DNA of 64,000 nucleotides from Fidelibacterota bacterium (GTDB lineage Bacteria > Fidelibacterota > SORT01). The notes beneath the pieces were generated by a model that saw only the letters and a list, made by a program, of their open reading frames with translations, did no database searches and had not been told where the DNA came from. Made by a program: the position numbers and the translations under genes. The stretch lies in contig JACZYG010000010.1 of NCBI GenBank assembly GCA_022571215.1, positions 4,876-68,875 on the forward strand. The letters run 5' to 3'. This document shows, piece after piece, positions 1 to 9,800 of this stretch (position 1 is its first letter; every line of letters starts with the position of its first letter).

Positions 1-213
1 GGTAGTGAGATTGATGGAAACTTCATACTGAATCCCGTTGCTAAAGGAGTTCATAACTTGATTCGCCAGGGTACGAAAAAATTTGCAGCCATCAAGTTTA
101 TATCTACGGATGCGGATTTTTATGAACATCCGCCGGGTGAAGCAATAGAGCTCGCTGCTGAGTATATTCATAAAGGCTTAGTATTGCTTGAAGCGGAAAA
201 AAATATCAGTTAG
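1..213 (+). CDS. 3' end of an unidentified protein (partial, runs off the window start)
   Basis: Open frame from base 1 to TAG at 211-213 (…KFAAIKFISTDADFYEHPPGEAIELAAEYIHKGLVLLEAEKNIS*). No family recognised. Confidence 0.35.
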   Translation, partial: GSEIDGNFILNPVAKGVHNLIRQGTKKFAAIKFISTDADFYEHPPGEAIELAAEYIHKGLVLLEAEKNIS

Positions 214-218
214 GGTAA

Positions 219-644
219 TTAAACTAAGGAGTATTTTTCTTTTAAGTTACCTAACAATCTCTCTTGAATATCATTTCTTACTTTTCTGAAAACTTCTAAT
301 ATTTCTTCATCACTTCCCACTGCATCAGCGGGGTCTTTAAATCCTAAATGAATAATTTCTGTTTTACCCGGAAAAATCGGACAAGCCTCTTTTGCGTCAT
401 CGCACAGGGTAATAACCAGGTCAAACTCCTTGGAAATTAAGCTGTCAACGCTCTTTGAATTTTGCGCGGCAATATCGATACCTATTTCAGCCATCGCTTT
501 GACAGCATATGCATCAATGACCTTTGGTCTTGTCCCCGCTGAAAAGACATCAAAATAATCGCCCAAGTAATGACGAGTTAACCCTTCTGCCATCTGACTT
601 CTGCAAGAATTCCCGGTGCATAAGAATAGAATTCGTTTCTTCAT
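219..644 (-). CDS. arsC: Arsenate reductase, LMW-PTPase family, thioredoxin-coupled type
   Basis: N-terminal P-loop LCTGNSCRSQMAEG (CX5R). Downstream Cys pair in LCDDAKEACP matches the Cys82/Cys89 positions of Bacillus/Staphylococcus-type ArsC. 141 aa. Confidence 0.9.
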   Translation of the reverse strand: MKKRILFLCTGNSCRSQMAEGLTRHYLGDYFDVFSAGTRPKVIDAYAVKAMAEIGIDIAAQNSKSVDSLISKEFDLVITLCDDAKEACPIFPGKTEIIHLGFKDPADAVGSDEEILEVFRKVRNDIQERLLGNLKEKYSLV

Positions 645-720
645 ATTAACTAATATATATAATTTTAGAGAGAAAGATAAACAATTACACTTCCATTGAT
701 GGCAAAAGTATTAAGGAAAT

Positions 721-1140
721 TTAAGCCAATACTTTTTCAACGACGTTCTTAAGATTCTCCAAATTGAACGGTTTTTCTAACAATGCGCTGAATCCGTATT
801 TAGTTTGATTATTCAGTATATCGGAGGATAATTCTCCGCTTGAAACGATAGATATTAGGTTTGGATCGAATTTCCGTATGGTTCTCACGGTTTCTATACC
901 GCCTATACCATCATCGATTTTCAAATCAACCATAATCAGATCGAAAGGATTCCCTTTCTCCATCTCTTCTTTATAAACTCTGATAGCTTCAGCGCCTTCT
1001 GTTGTTAATACGACCTCAAATTTAAGATGCTCCAACATCCTTTTTAACAAAGTTAATAGTTCACTGTTATCATCCATCACCAATATTTTTTTCACCTTAT
1101 CTCGCATTTTCGCATCCCTTAATACCCATTTTGAGGTCAC
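721..1140 (-). CDS. Stand-alone response-regulator receiver (CheY-like)
   Basis: KILVMDDN…, DLIMVDLKIDDGIGG…, SSGE…, EKPF receiver pattern. The true start is probably the internal Met (MRDKVKKILV, near 1107). Confidence 0.8.
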   Translation of the reverse strand: MTSKWVLRDAKMRDKVKKILVMDDNSELLTLLKRMLEHLKFEVVLTTEGAEAIRVYKEEMEKGNPFDLIMVDLKIDDGIGGIETVRTIRKFDPNLISIVSSGELSSDILNNQTKYGFSALLEKPFNLENLKNVVEKVLA

Positions 1141-1260
1141 TTGTCTTATAAATCTATTATTTTACTTATCGTGCATAATTAAATTATCTTTACCAATTTA
1201 TTTTTTATATAGATTTTTCCTGCTCCCTCTTGTCACTCTATTAAATTTATTCTACTTTCT

Positions 1261-2148
1261 ATGATGACCAAAAATCCGGCAAATGTTCCGTCTAAACTCA
1301 AGGCGGATACTTATCTGTTTCTTATCACCATTATTTGGGGCGCCTCGTTTGTCGCCGTCAAGGCGGCTTTGGATTTTTCCTCCCCGTTTTTGTTTCTCAC
1401 TATGAGATTTCTGTTAGCGAGTCTAATCTTCTTTCTCCTATTCAGGCAGAAAATAACAAAAATCGATCCGACAACGCTAAAAGCCGGATTAATCATCGGG
1501 CTGTTGGTGGGAATCGGATACGGTGCTCAAACATTGGGGCTTGTTTACACTACGGCTTCCAAATCGGCATTTATCACCGGGACTTTTGTTATTCTCGTGC
1601 CCATATTTTCAATTTTATTTGAAAAAATCATACCGAGAAAATTACTATGGGTAGGAGTCGCTTTTGCGGTCACCGGCTTATATCTGCTGACCTCTCCCGA
1701 AGGAGGAGAATTTAATATTGGAGATAAATTTACCGCATTTGGAGCAGTAGCGTTCGGAGCTCACACGGTAGCTCTACAGATATACAGTAAAAGACACGAC
1801 TTCATACAATTAACATTTCTGCAAATTTTTGTTACAGGAATCATAGGTCTTTTTTCGACACTCCTGTTTGAAACACCCCGATTTGAACTCAATTATACTC
1901 TTATTTCCATCATAGTCGGAACGGCTATTTTCCCGACACTGTTCTGCTTTTACATAATAACCAAATACCAGCGATATACATCATCAACAAGAGCCGCTAT
2001 TATCTATTCATTTGAGCCTGTATCAGGCGCTCTGTTCGCCTATCTCATTCTTGGCGAAATTTTAGGGATGCGCGGATTATATGGCGCGATTCTTATTTTT
2101 ACCGGTATGTTGCTGTCGGAGTTGAAAAAACGTGAACCGGAAATCTGA
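1261..2148 (+). CDS. EamA/DMT-family transporter (10 TM)
   Basis: Two EamA-like halves and a hydrophobic profile. Typical GASFVAVK and FEPVSGALFAYLILGE segments. Confidence 0.8.
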   Translation: MMTKNPANVPSKLKADTYLFLITIIWGASFVAVKAALDFSSPFLFLTMRFLLASLIFFLLFRQKITKIDPTTLKAGLIIGLLVGIGYGAQTLGLVYTTASKSAFITGTFVILVPIFSILFEKIIPRKLLWVGVAFAVTGLYLLTSPEGGEFNIGDKFTAFGAVAFGAHTVALQIYSKRHDFIQLTFLQIFVTGIIGLFSTLLFETPRFELNYTLISIIVGTAIFPTLFCFYIITKYQRYTSSTRAAIIYSFEPVSGALFAYLILGEILGMRGLYGAILIFTGMLLSELKKREPEI

Positions 2149-2155
2149 GAACTGT

Positions 2156-5100
2156 TTAGTTTTGTTCTTTCTCCTTCTCCAACGAAAAACTTTTCCAAAT
2201 CACATATATCGCTGGAATTAGTAGCAATGTCAGGAGTGTTGAAGAGATCATTCCGCCGACCATAGGAGCGGCAATTCTCTTCATAGCCTGAGATCCGGTA
2301 CCGCTTCCCCACATTATCGGAAGAAGACCGGCTATGATAGCCGTTACGGTCATTAATTTGGGTCTGAGTCTAAGAGCAGCTCCCTCGTAGACGCAATCTA
2401 CAAGATCTTTCACCGTATTGAGCCTGCCATCTTTCTTCCACTCCTTATATGACATATCGAGGTAGATGAACATTATGACTCCTGTTTCAGCGGCGACTCC
2501 TGCAAGCGCTATAAAACCCACCCAGATGGCTACGCTGAATTCATATCCGAGAAAATAAATGAACCAGATCCCTCCGATAGGAGCAAGAAAAATTACAAGC
2601 AGCATTACTATGCTTGCCTCAAATACATTTTTGAAATTAAAGAACAGAAGAAGAAAAATTATCACCAATGTAAGCGGGATTAGCAGTTTCAGTTTTGCGT
2701 TTGCCGCTTGCATGTATTCGTATTGTCCGCTCCAGACAATATTGTATCCTTCAGGAAGATCTATCTCCCGGTTCAAAACATCTTTGGCGTTACTGACATA
2801 TGTCCCTACATCTATCCCCTGAAGATCAATATATACCCATGCTGTTCGTCTGGAATTCTCACTTTTAATGACCGGAGGACCCTTTGAAATGACAATTGAT
2901 GCAACTTGCTTTATCGGTATTTGCGCCCCTGACGGAGTAGCGATAAAGATTTTTTCCAATTTTTGAATATCATCCCGCAGTTCCCTTCCGTATCTGATAT
3001 TGACAGGGTATCTTGCAAGACCTTCTATAGTATAGGTAACGTTCATTCCTCCGACAGCCGTCATAATTACATCCTGAATGTCACCAATCGTGAGACCATA
3101 CCGGGCAGCTTCTTTCCTGTCAATTATATAATCAAGATAATTTCCTCCCACAACTCTTTCGGCATACACGGTAAGTGTTCCCGGTATATTCCGAACAACG
3201 GCTTCTATTTCCTGTCCGATGTCGTTAAGAACATTAAGGTCATTCCCCATTATTTTTATCCCCACAGGAGTTTTAATCCCCGTGCTCAACATATCAATTC
3301 TTGTTTTAATGGGCATTGTCCATGCGTTTGTCAGACCCGGGAATTGTATCGCGTTGTTCATTTCAGTAATAAGATCATCCAAGGTCAAGCCTTCGCGCCA
3401 TTCTTCTTTCGGTTTGAGCGTGATGATAGTTTCTATCATCGACAATGGAGCCGGATCGGTGGCTGTTTCCGCCCTTCCTATCTTGCCAAAGACTGTTTCC
3501 ACTTCAGGGAAAGTTTTTATCAGCTTATTGGTCTGCTGAAGGAGTTCTTTTGCTTTCGATATGGAGATTCCCGGCAGTGTCGTCGGCATGTACAGAATAT
3601 CGCCTTCATTGAGCGGCGGCATAAATTCTGAACCGAGCTGACTATAGGGTAATACCGTGACAAAAACCAATAAAATTGAAATCAGCACAATCGTTTTTTT
3701 ATATTTAAGAGCGAAATTTATCAAAGGACGATACAAGAATAACAGGAACCTGTTAACCGGATTCTTATGTTCCGGTAATATCTTTCCCCTTATTAAATAA
3801 CCCATCATTACCGGCACCAACGTAATTGACAGTAACGCTGCCCCCGCCATTGCATATGTTTTTGTAAAGGCAAGCGGTTTGAAGAGTCTGCCTGATTGCC
3901 CTGTTAGGGTAAATACAGGTACAAATGAAACAGTAATAATCAACAGAGAATAAAAGAGTGGAGGTCCCACTTCCTTAGACGCATCAATTATCAACTGCCA
4001 TCTGTCTTTCCCTTCATCACGCTCGATATGCTTGTGAACATTTTCTATCATTACAATTGCCGCATCAATCATGGCGCCTATTGCTATCGCAATACCACCC
4101 AAAGACATAATATTTGCGTTTAAACCCTGTTGCCCCATAATTATAAATGCAATCAATATTCCTATCGGCAAGGTGATTATAGCCACAAATGCGCTTCTCA
4201 GATGCAGTAGAAAAATGATACATACAAGGGCGACGACAATTGTTTCCTCGATGAGTTTCTCTTTAAGGAAAGCTATGGCATTAAGAATTAATCCGGATCT
4301 GTCGTAGACCGGTTTAATCGTTACCCCGTCGGGGAGTCCGCTTTGAAGATCTTTAAGTTTTTGTTTAACCCGATTAATTGTCGCTAAGGCATTTTCGCCA
4401 AAGCGCATAATGACTATGCCTCCGACAACCTCCCCCTCCCCGTTTAATTCCGCAAGACCTCTCCTGAGTTCAGGACCAATATGCACATTGGCAACATTAC
4501 TGATTAGAATAGGAGTGCCATTTTCGCTTACACCAAGCGGAATATTCTCAATATCTTCGATCCCTTTGATATAACCCAAACCTCTAACCATGAATTCAGT
4601 TTCAGCCATCTCTATTACGCTACCGCCGACATCATTATTGCTACGCTGTATCGCATGTCTTATTTTGCTCAGCGGTATGTTGTAAGCCAGTAGTTTATTG
4701 GGATCAACTTCCACCTGATATTGTTTTACATATCCGCCGATACTCGCCACTTCGGACACTCCGTCCACACTCATGAGCTCATACCTCAGGAACCAATCTT
4801 GAATAGAACGGAGCTCCTGTAGATTATGCTTATCACTTTGAAGAACATACTCATATATCCATCCGACACCGGTAGCATCAGGCCCGAGGGATGGGATTGC
4901 ACCCTCAGGTAATCGTTTTGATACTACGTTTAACTGCTCGAGAACCCTGCTCCGAGCCCAATATAGATCAGTTCCATCTTCAAAAATAATGTATACAAAA
5001 GATAGTCCGAAGAATGAATATCCACGGACAGCCTTTGCAAAGGGTACTGAAAGCATCGCCGTTGTGAGAGGATATGTGACCTGATCTTCCACCACCTGCG

Positions 5101-5272
5101 GCGCCTGCCCGGAATATTCAGTGAAAAGTATCACTTGCACATCACTCAAATCGGGAATCGCATCAAGCGGGGTATTATATACGTTGTACGCGCCTATCAA
5201 AACTATAAGCATAGTAGCAAGTAGTATGATAAATCTATTATTTACCGAATATTCAATTATTTTTTCTATCAT
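2156..5272 (-). CDS. cusA: RND efflux pump, CusA/CzcA heavy-metal-efflux family
   Basis: 1038 aa. N-terminus MIEKIIEYSVNNRF…IPDLSDVQVI…EDQVTYPLT and 12-TM RND architecture are typical of the HME-RND (CusA) family. Confidence 0.85.
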   Translation of the reverse strand: MIEKIIEYSVNNRFIILLATMLIVLIGAYNVYNTPLDAIPDLSDVQVILFTEYSGQAPQVVEDQVTYPLTTAMLSVPFAKAVRGYSFFGLSFVYIIFEDGTDLYWARSRVLEQLNVVSKRLPEGAIPSLGPDATGVGWIYEYVLQSDKHNLQELRSIQDWFLRYELMSVDGVSEVASIGGYVKQYQVEVDPNKLLAYNIPLSKIRHAIQRSNNDVGGSVIEMAETEFMVRGLGYIKGIEDIENIPLGVSENGTPILISNVANVHIGPELRRGLAELNGEGEVVGGIVIMRFGENALATINRVKQKLKDLQSGLPDGVTIKPVYDRSGLILNAIAFLKEKLIEETIVVALVCIIFLLHLRSAFVAIITLPIGILIAFIIMGQQGLNANIMSLGGIAIAIGAMIDAAIVMIENVHKHIERDEGKDRWQLIIDASKEVGPPLFYSLLIITVSFVPVFTLTGQSGRLFKPLAFTKTYAMAGAALLSITLVPVMMGYLIRGKILPEHKNPVNRFLLFLYRPLINFALKYKKTIVLISILLVFVTVLPYSQLGSEFMPPLNEGDILYMPTTLPGISISKAKELLQQTNKLIKTFPEVETVFGKIGRAETATDPAPLSMIETIITLKPKEEWREGLTLDDLITEMNNAIQFPGLTNAWTMPIKTRIDMLSTGIKTPVGIKIMGNDLNVLNDIGQEIEAVVRNIPGTLTVYAERVVGGNYLDYIIDRKEAARYGLTIGDIQDVIMTAVGGMNVTYTIEGLARYPVNIRYGRELRDDIQKLEKIFIATPSGAQIPIKQVASIVISKGPPVIKSENSRRTAWVYIDLQGIDVGTYVSNAKDVLNREIDLPEGYNIVWSGQYEYMQAANAKLKLLIPLTLVIIFLLLFFNFKNVFEASIVMLLVIFLAPIGGIWFIYFLGYEFSVAIWVGFIALAGVAAETGVIMFIYLDMSYKEWKKDGRLNTVKDLVDCVYEGAALRLRPKLMTVTAIIAGLLPIMWGSGTGSQAMKRIAAPMVGGMISSTLLTLLLIPAIYVIWKSFSLEKEKEQN

Positions 5273-5457
5273 ACTCTATACTTCCCCCAAACTCCATTTT
5301 CCATCCGCTTAAATTTAAGTCGGACAGTTCTATTGTCAAGATAGAAAAACAGTTTACTCCTGATAATCTAAAAGTCATCATATCAGGTTCGCAAATTGTA
5401 ATCACCGTTACTTCACACCATCGTATATTACCCTGAATAAAAATTATACATGGAGAT

Positions 5458-5961
5458 ATGACTTTGACTAAAATAATTAAAGAAATCGAGATAAACGAAT
5501 CAAAAGCAAAAGTTTGGTCAGTTTTGGCGGACATCGGAGCCATAGAAAACTTTAACCCTTCAGTAACGAAATCTTACTCAACATCAGAAAATAAGCAAGG
5601 TATCGGCGCAAGCAGGCACTGCGATCTTCTTCCTATGGGAAGCGTGGAGGAACGCATCATTGAATGGGAAGAAGGCGAAAGTTACAAAATAGAAATATTT
5701 GAAGGCAAGGCTATACCGTTTAAAGGGACCGGTAAATTTGAACTTACCGGCAATGGAAAATCCACTACTGTAAAAATGACCTTCGAACCAATTATGGGCA
5801 ACGGTTTATTGGGTAAGCTGATGGGTTTTATGATGAAAGGAAAAATGAACAAGATGATAGACGGCATAGTTATCGGATTAAAGCATCACCTTGAAACTGA
5901 TGAATTGGTATCAGCTAAAACTTATAAGAAGATAAGAAAACTATCCTCAGAGTTGAAATAG
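5458..5961 (+). CDS. SRPBCC (START/Bet v1-like, polyketide-cyclase-type) domain protein
   Basis: 167 aa. VWSVLADIGAIENFNPSV… pattern typical of SRPBCC ligand-binding proteins. Confidence 0.65.
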   Translation: MTLTKIIKEIEINESKAKVWSVLADIGAIENFNPSVTKSYSTSENKQGIGASRHCDLLPMGSVEERIIEWEEGESYKIEIFEGKAIPFKGTGKFELTGNGKSTTVKMTFEPIMGNGLLGKLMGFMMKGKMNKMIDGIVIGLKHHLETDELVSAKTYKKIRKLSSELK

Positions 5962-6139
5962 CATAATAAAAAGGCAAGATTTGTCTGTAAAGCGGTGAAT
6001 TAAATTTTATGATAAAATTAAGAAAGCGATTTCCTACGCCAAAATTTATTTCGGTATAGACACAGAAATGAATGCGCAGCTTTTTTGATTGTGCACTCTT
6101 AACTATCGTGAAAACAATAGTGAGGAATGGTAAGTATTA

Positions 6140-6352
6140 CTATTCAGCTGGTACTACGTTTTCAGCTTGTGGACCTTTATCACCTTCGGTAACAGTAAAC
6201 TCAACTTTCTGACCTTCCTCTAAGTTTTTGAAGCCGTCTCCTTGAATAGTTGAATAGTGAACGAATACGTCATCCGCACCTTCTCGCTCTATGAATCCAA
6301 ATCCTTTTCGCGAGTTAAACCATTTTACCGTACCTGTTTCGCGTTCTGCCAT
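6140..6352 (-). CDS. Cold-shock protein (CspA family)
   Basis: [15 protein letters not shown] (RNP1) and DVFVHYS (RNP2) motifs. 70 aa. AAGGAG RBS upstream. Confidence 0.95.
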   Translation of the reverse strand: MAERETGTVKWFNSRKGFGFIEREGADDVFVHYSTIQGDGFKNLEEGQKVEFTVTEGDKGPQAENVVPAE

Positions 6353-6868
6353 GTTTAATTTACTCCTTTGTTAGTATAATCAGACAAAATCAAGCAATGG
6401 TTACAAATATCATCGCTTATAAGAATTTTCCATCTAATTTAATTTCCGAGAAGTCTGAAAGTGTGCTTTACTGAATGTTTCCTTGCATTAATACCAGTTA
6501 TTCAATAACAAAATTGCTCAAGTGAAATCAAATGTCAAGCTAAAAATCTCAAATTCTGGCTACATAATTTCGTATCTAAATGTGTGACAAATTAAATTTA
6601 TATATATCACTACTTTAACATCCGAATATCAGATTAGAGATTTTTCTCGAATTGAATAAAATCTTGCTTGATAGAAAATACTTTTGTAATGTATGACCAT
6701 TGTTGGTGCCACTAACTTCCTTACCAGCACTTACTTTAAAAGTATGCTGCTGTAATATGATGATTCGGATATTTGATTTATGCATGTTTCGAACATAATA
6801 ATCCCAATAACTTTTTTAATAATGACTAGTATCGATTATTTTCACACAAGAGCAAGAATGTTGGATTC

Positions 6869-9800
6869 ATGAAAAAATCCGCTGATATAGACATTATGCG
6901 TAGTAAATTATTGCCGAATAAATCCAATTCAGTCAAAGATCCAAAAAGTTCCGATCAAATCTATTTAAGCAAACTTCGGGATATAATCGGCGAAGCCATT
7001 TTCACGGTCGATCTGCCGAGCAGAAAGATCAAGTACGTCAATAACGCTATCGAGACCATCTTCGGATATAAAGATTATGAATGCATCGGAAAAACGACCG
7101 AGTTGTTCTATCCGACAAAAACAGAATTCAACAAAGTAGGCAAATTGCTGAAGGCAGCTATACGGGATGGTAAAAATATCCTCACCTTAGAATTGCGCCT
7201 CCGAAAGAAAAACGGAGATACTTTTCCGGCAGAGATCACCACAACGTTCATGAAAGAAGAGGGGAAATTTTCGCAAATTATCAGTATCGTCAAGGACCTC
7301 TCCAACCGGGTGATTACGGAAGAGACTCTCGAGCATAAACAAGAATATTTAGAACTTCTGCATAACAATATCGATGAAGCAATAGTTACCGTTGAGCTAC
7401 CCGGTAGGATCATCAAACATGTAAATAAAGCAGTGAAAAAAATATTCGGATATACCCCTGAAGAATGCATTGGAAGAAATACAGAACATTTTTTCCCTAA
7501 CAGAGACGATTACTTAAAAGCAGGTGAAAGGATTGAAAAACGAATAAAATCGGGGAAGAAATTCACGAGAATAGAACGTTTGCTGAAAAGGAAAAACGGG
7601 GAAATATTTTTAGCTGAAATTTCCACTTCCATTATGAAACTGAAAGATGGAACCAGACAAATCGTCTCAATTGCCCGAGATTTATCCAAAGAAACGGATA
7701 CCAAACTTGCCCTTCTGGAAAGTCAGGAACAACTTGAACAAATTTTTTCGAAAACTCATGTGCTGATAGCTTACATAGACACAAAGTTCAATTTTATCAG
7801 AGTTAACAAAGCATATGCGGATGCCGATGGTGAAAAACCTGATTATTACTCATTAAAAAATTACTTTGATCTTTATCCTAACAGTGAAAATAAGAAAATT
7901 TTCCGTGATGCCGTAAGAACCGGCACACCCTATCAAACATTTTCTAAACCACTCATTCCCAAAGAAAATCCTGAAAAAGATACTTCATATTGGGATTGGA
8001 ACCTTTACCCCGTTAAAGATTCAGATGATAATGTCGAGAGCTTAATTCTCTCCCTTATAGATGTCAGCGATCGTGTAAACGCCGAAAAAGCTGTTTTGGA
8101 AAGTGAGAAGAAATATAAAACGTTTTTTGAAGATTCAAAGGACGCAATTTACTTAACAAGCGTTGACGGTACAATTGAAGACGCCAACAATGCGTTTTTG
8201 AAATTATTCGGCTATGATAAAAATGAGATTATTGCGAACAACGTAAAATCCTTATACAGTAACCCTACTGATAGAGAAAAATTCTTACAGATAATTGAGT
8301 CGGAAGGCTCCGTTCTGGATTACGAACTGACGCTTAAGAAAAGAGATGGCACTGAAATTCAGTGCCTTGTCACGAGTAGCGCGAAAAGGGACGACGATAA
8401 TAATATTATAGGATATCAAGGCATAATCCGGGATATGTCCGAATCGATAAAGGCAGATGCGGAACTTAAAAAACTATCTAACGCCGTTGAACAAGCCGCC
8501 GAGATGATATTGATCGCAGATAATAATGGAATTATTCAATATGTCAATCCGGAGTTTGAGCTCATCACAGGCTATAAGAAAGATGAAGTGATTGGAAAAA
8601 CACCTCGCATCCTTAAATCTAATAAGCACCCGGAGGAGTTTTATAGGAATATGTGGGATATGATGTTAGGCGGAGATACTTTCAGAGGCTTGATCATCAA
8701 CAAGAAAAAAAATGGGGAGATTTATTATGAAGAAAAAATCATTTCTCCTCTTAAGGACGATGAAGGAAAAATTACTCATTTTGTTTCAAATGGCAGAGAT
8801 ATTACAAAACGCATTAATGCCGAGAAAAAAATAAAAGAACAAAGAAAATTCCTCAGGCAGGTTCTTGATATCAATCCCAATATTATATTCGCAAAGGACA
8901 AGGAAGGTCGCTATACCCTCGCAAATCAGGCAACGGCAAACTTGTTTAATACCACCATCAAGGATCTGATTGGGAAAAAGTATTCCGAGCTCAATCCGAA
9001 TTCCAGTGAAACGGAAGAAGACCTTAAAAACGACCAATTAATGTTTGAAACTTTGGAAGAAAGCATCAATCCTGAAAACCATGTTACGGACATAAACGGA
9101 ATTAAACACATTTATCACACCATTAAACGCCCTGTTATAGATGAACATGGTAAAGCAACTCATATTCTCGGTATTTCCATGGATATCACAGAGCAAAAAA
9201 AGGCTGAAGAAGAGAAAATAAATCTCGAGCGAAAACTCGAAAGGGCTCGTCGTATGGAATCGCTTGGAATTCTTGCAGGCGGAGTCGCACACGACCTAAA
9301 CAATATTCTCGGACCTATACTCGGATATCCCGATTTGATTCTGGCTACGCTGCCACCTGATAATCCAATTCGATCTGATCTTGAGATGATAAAAACAGCT
9401 GCGGAAAGGGCATCAGATGTAGTTCAGGATCTATTAACATTGGCTCGTAGAGGTAGATATGACATGAAGCCTTTGAACGTTAACGAAATGATCAAAGAAT
9501 ATTTCCTTTCCCCCACTTTTAAATCAAATAAAGCAAGATACCCGGATGTCAGTTACAAATTGGAGCTTGACGAGAATGTTAAATTTATTAAAGGCTCAAA
9601 CCCACATTTATCAAAAACAATCATGAATCTTGTGATTAATGCGTTCGAGTCGATGACTCATGGTGGAAATATGACACTGCGAACTTTCTCTGAATCTTTA
9701 GAAACCAGAACGCTCATTTTCGGAAAATTGCCTAAGGGTAACTATACTATCATAGATGTTAAAGATACGGGATTTGGAATTGAAGAAGAGGATCTACCAC

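Noticed and set aside
2963-3631. Long antisense ORFs from the six-frame track inside cusA. The same kind also occurs inside the kinases, preTA, mmsA, korA and other genes.
   Set aside because: They lie wholly within, and opposite to, long ORFs with clear family signatures. They have low-complexity or odd composition and no RBS. They look like frame shadows, not genes.
5253-5543. 96-aa minus-strand ORF upstream of cusA, considered as a possible remnant of a membrane-fusion protein (cusB).
   Set aside because: The sequence has no MFP-like features (no lipoyl, beta-barrel or coiled-coil pattern). It overlaps both the cusA start and the SRPBCC gene. It is most likely spurious.
6557-6572. Sigma-54-like sequence tggctacataatttcg upstream of the first giant kinase.
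   Set aside because: The -12 position reads TC instead of the near-invariant GC at the required 12-nt spacing, and it lies about 300 nt from the ORF. It is kept only as a possible decayed paralogue of the 39545 promoter.
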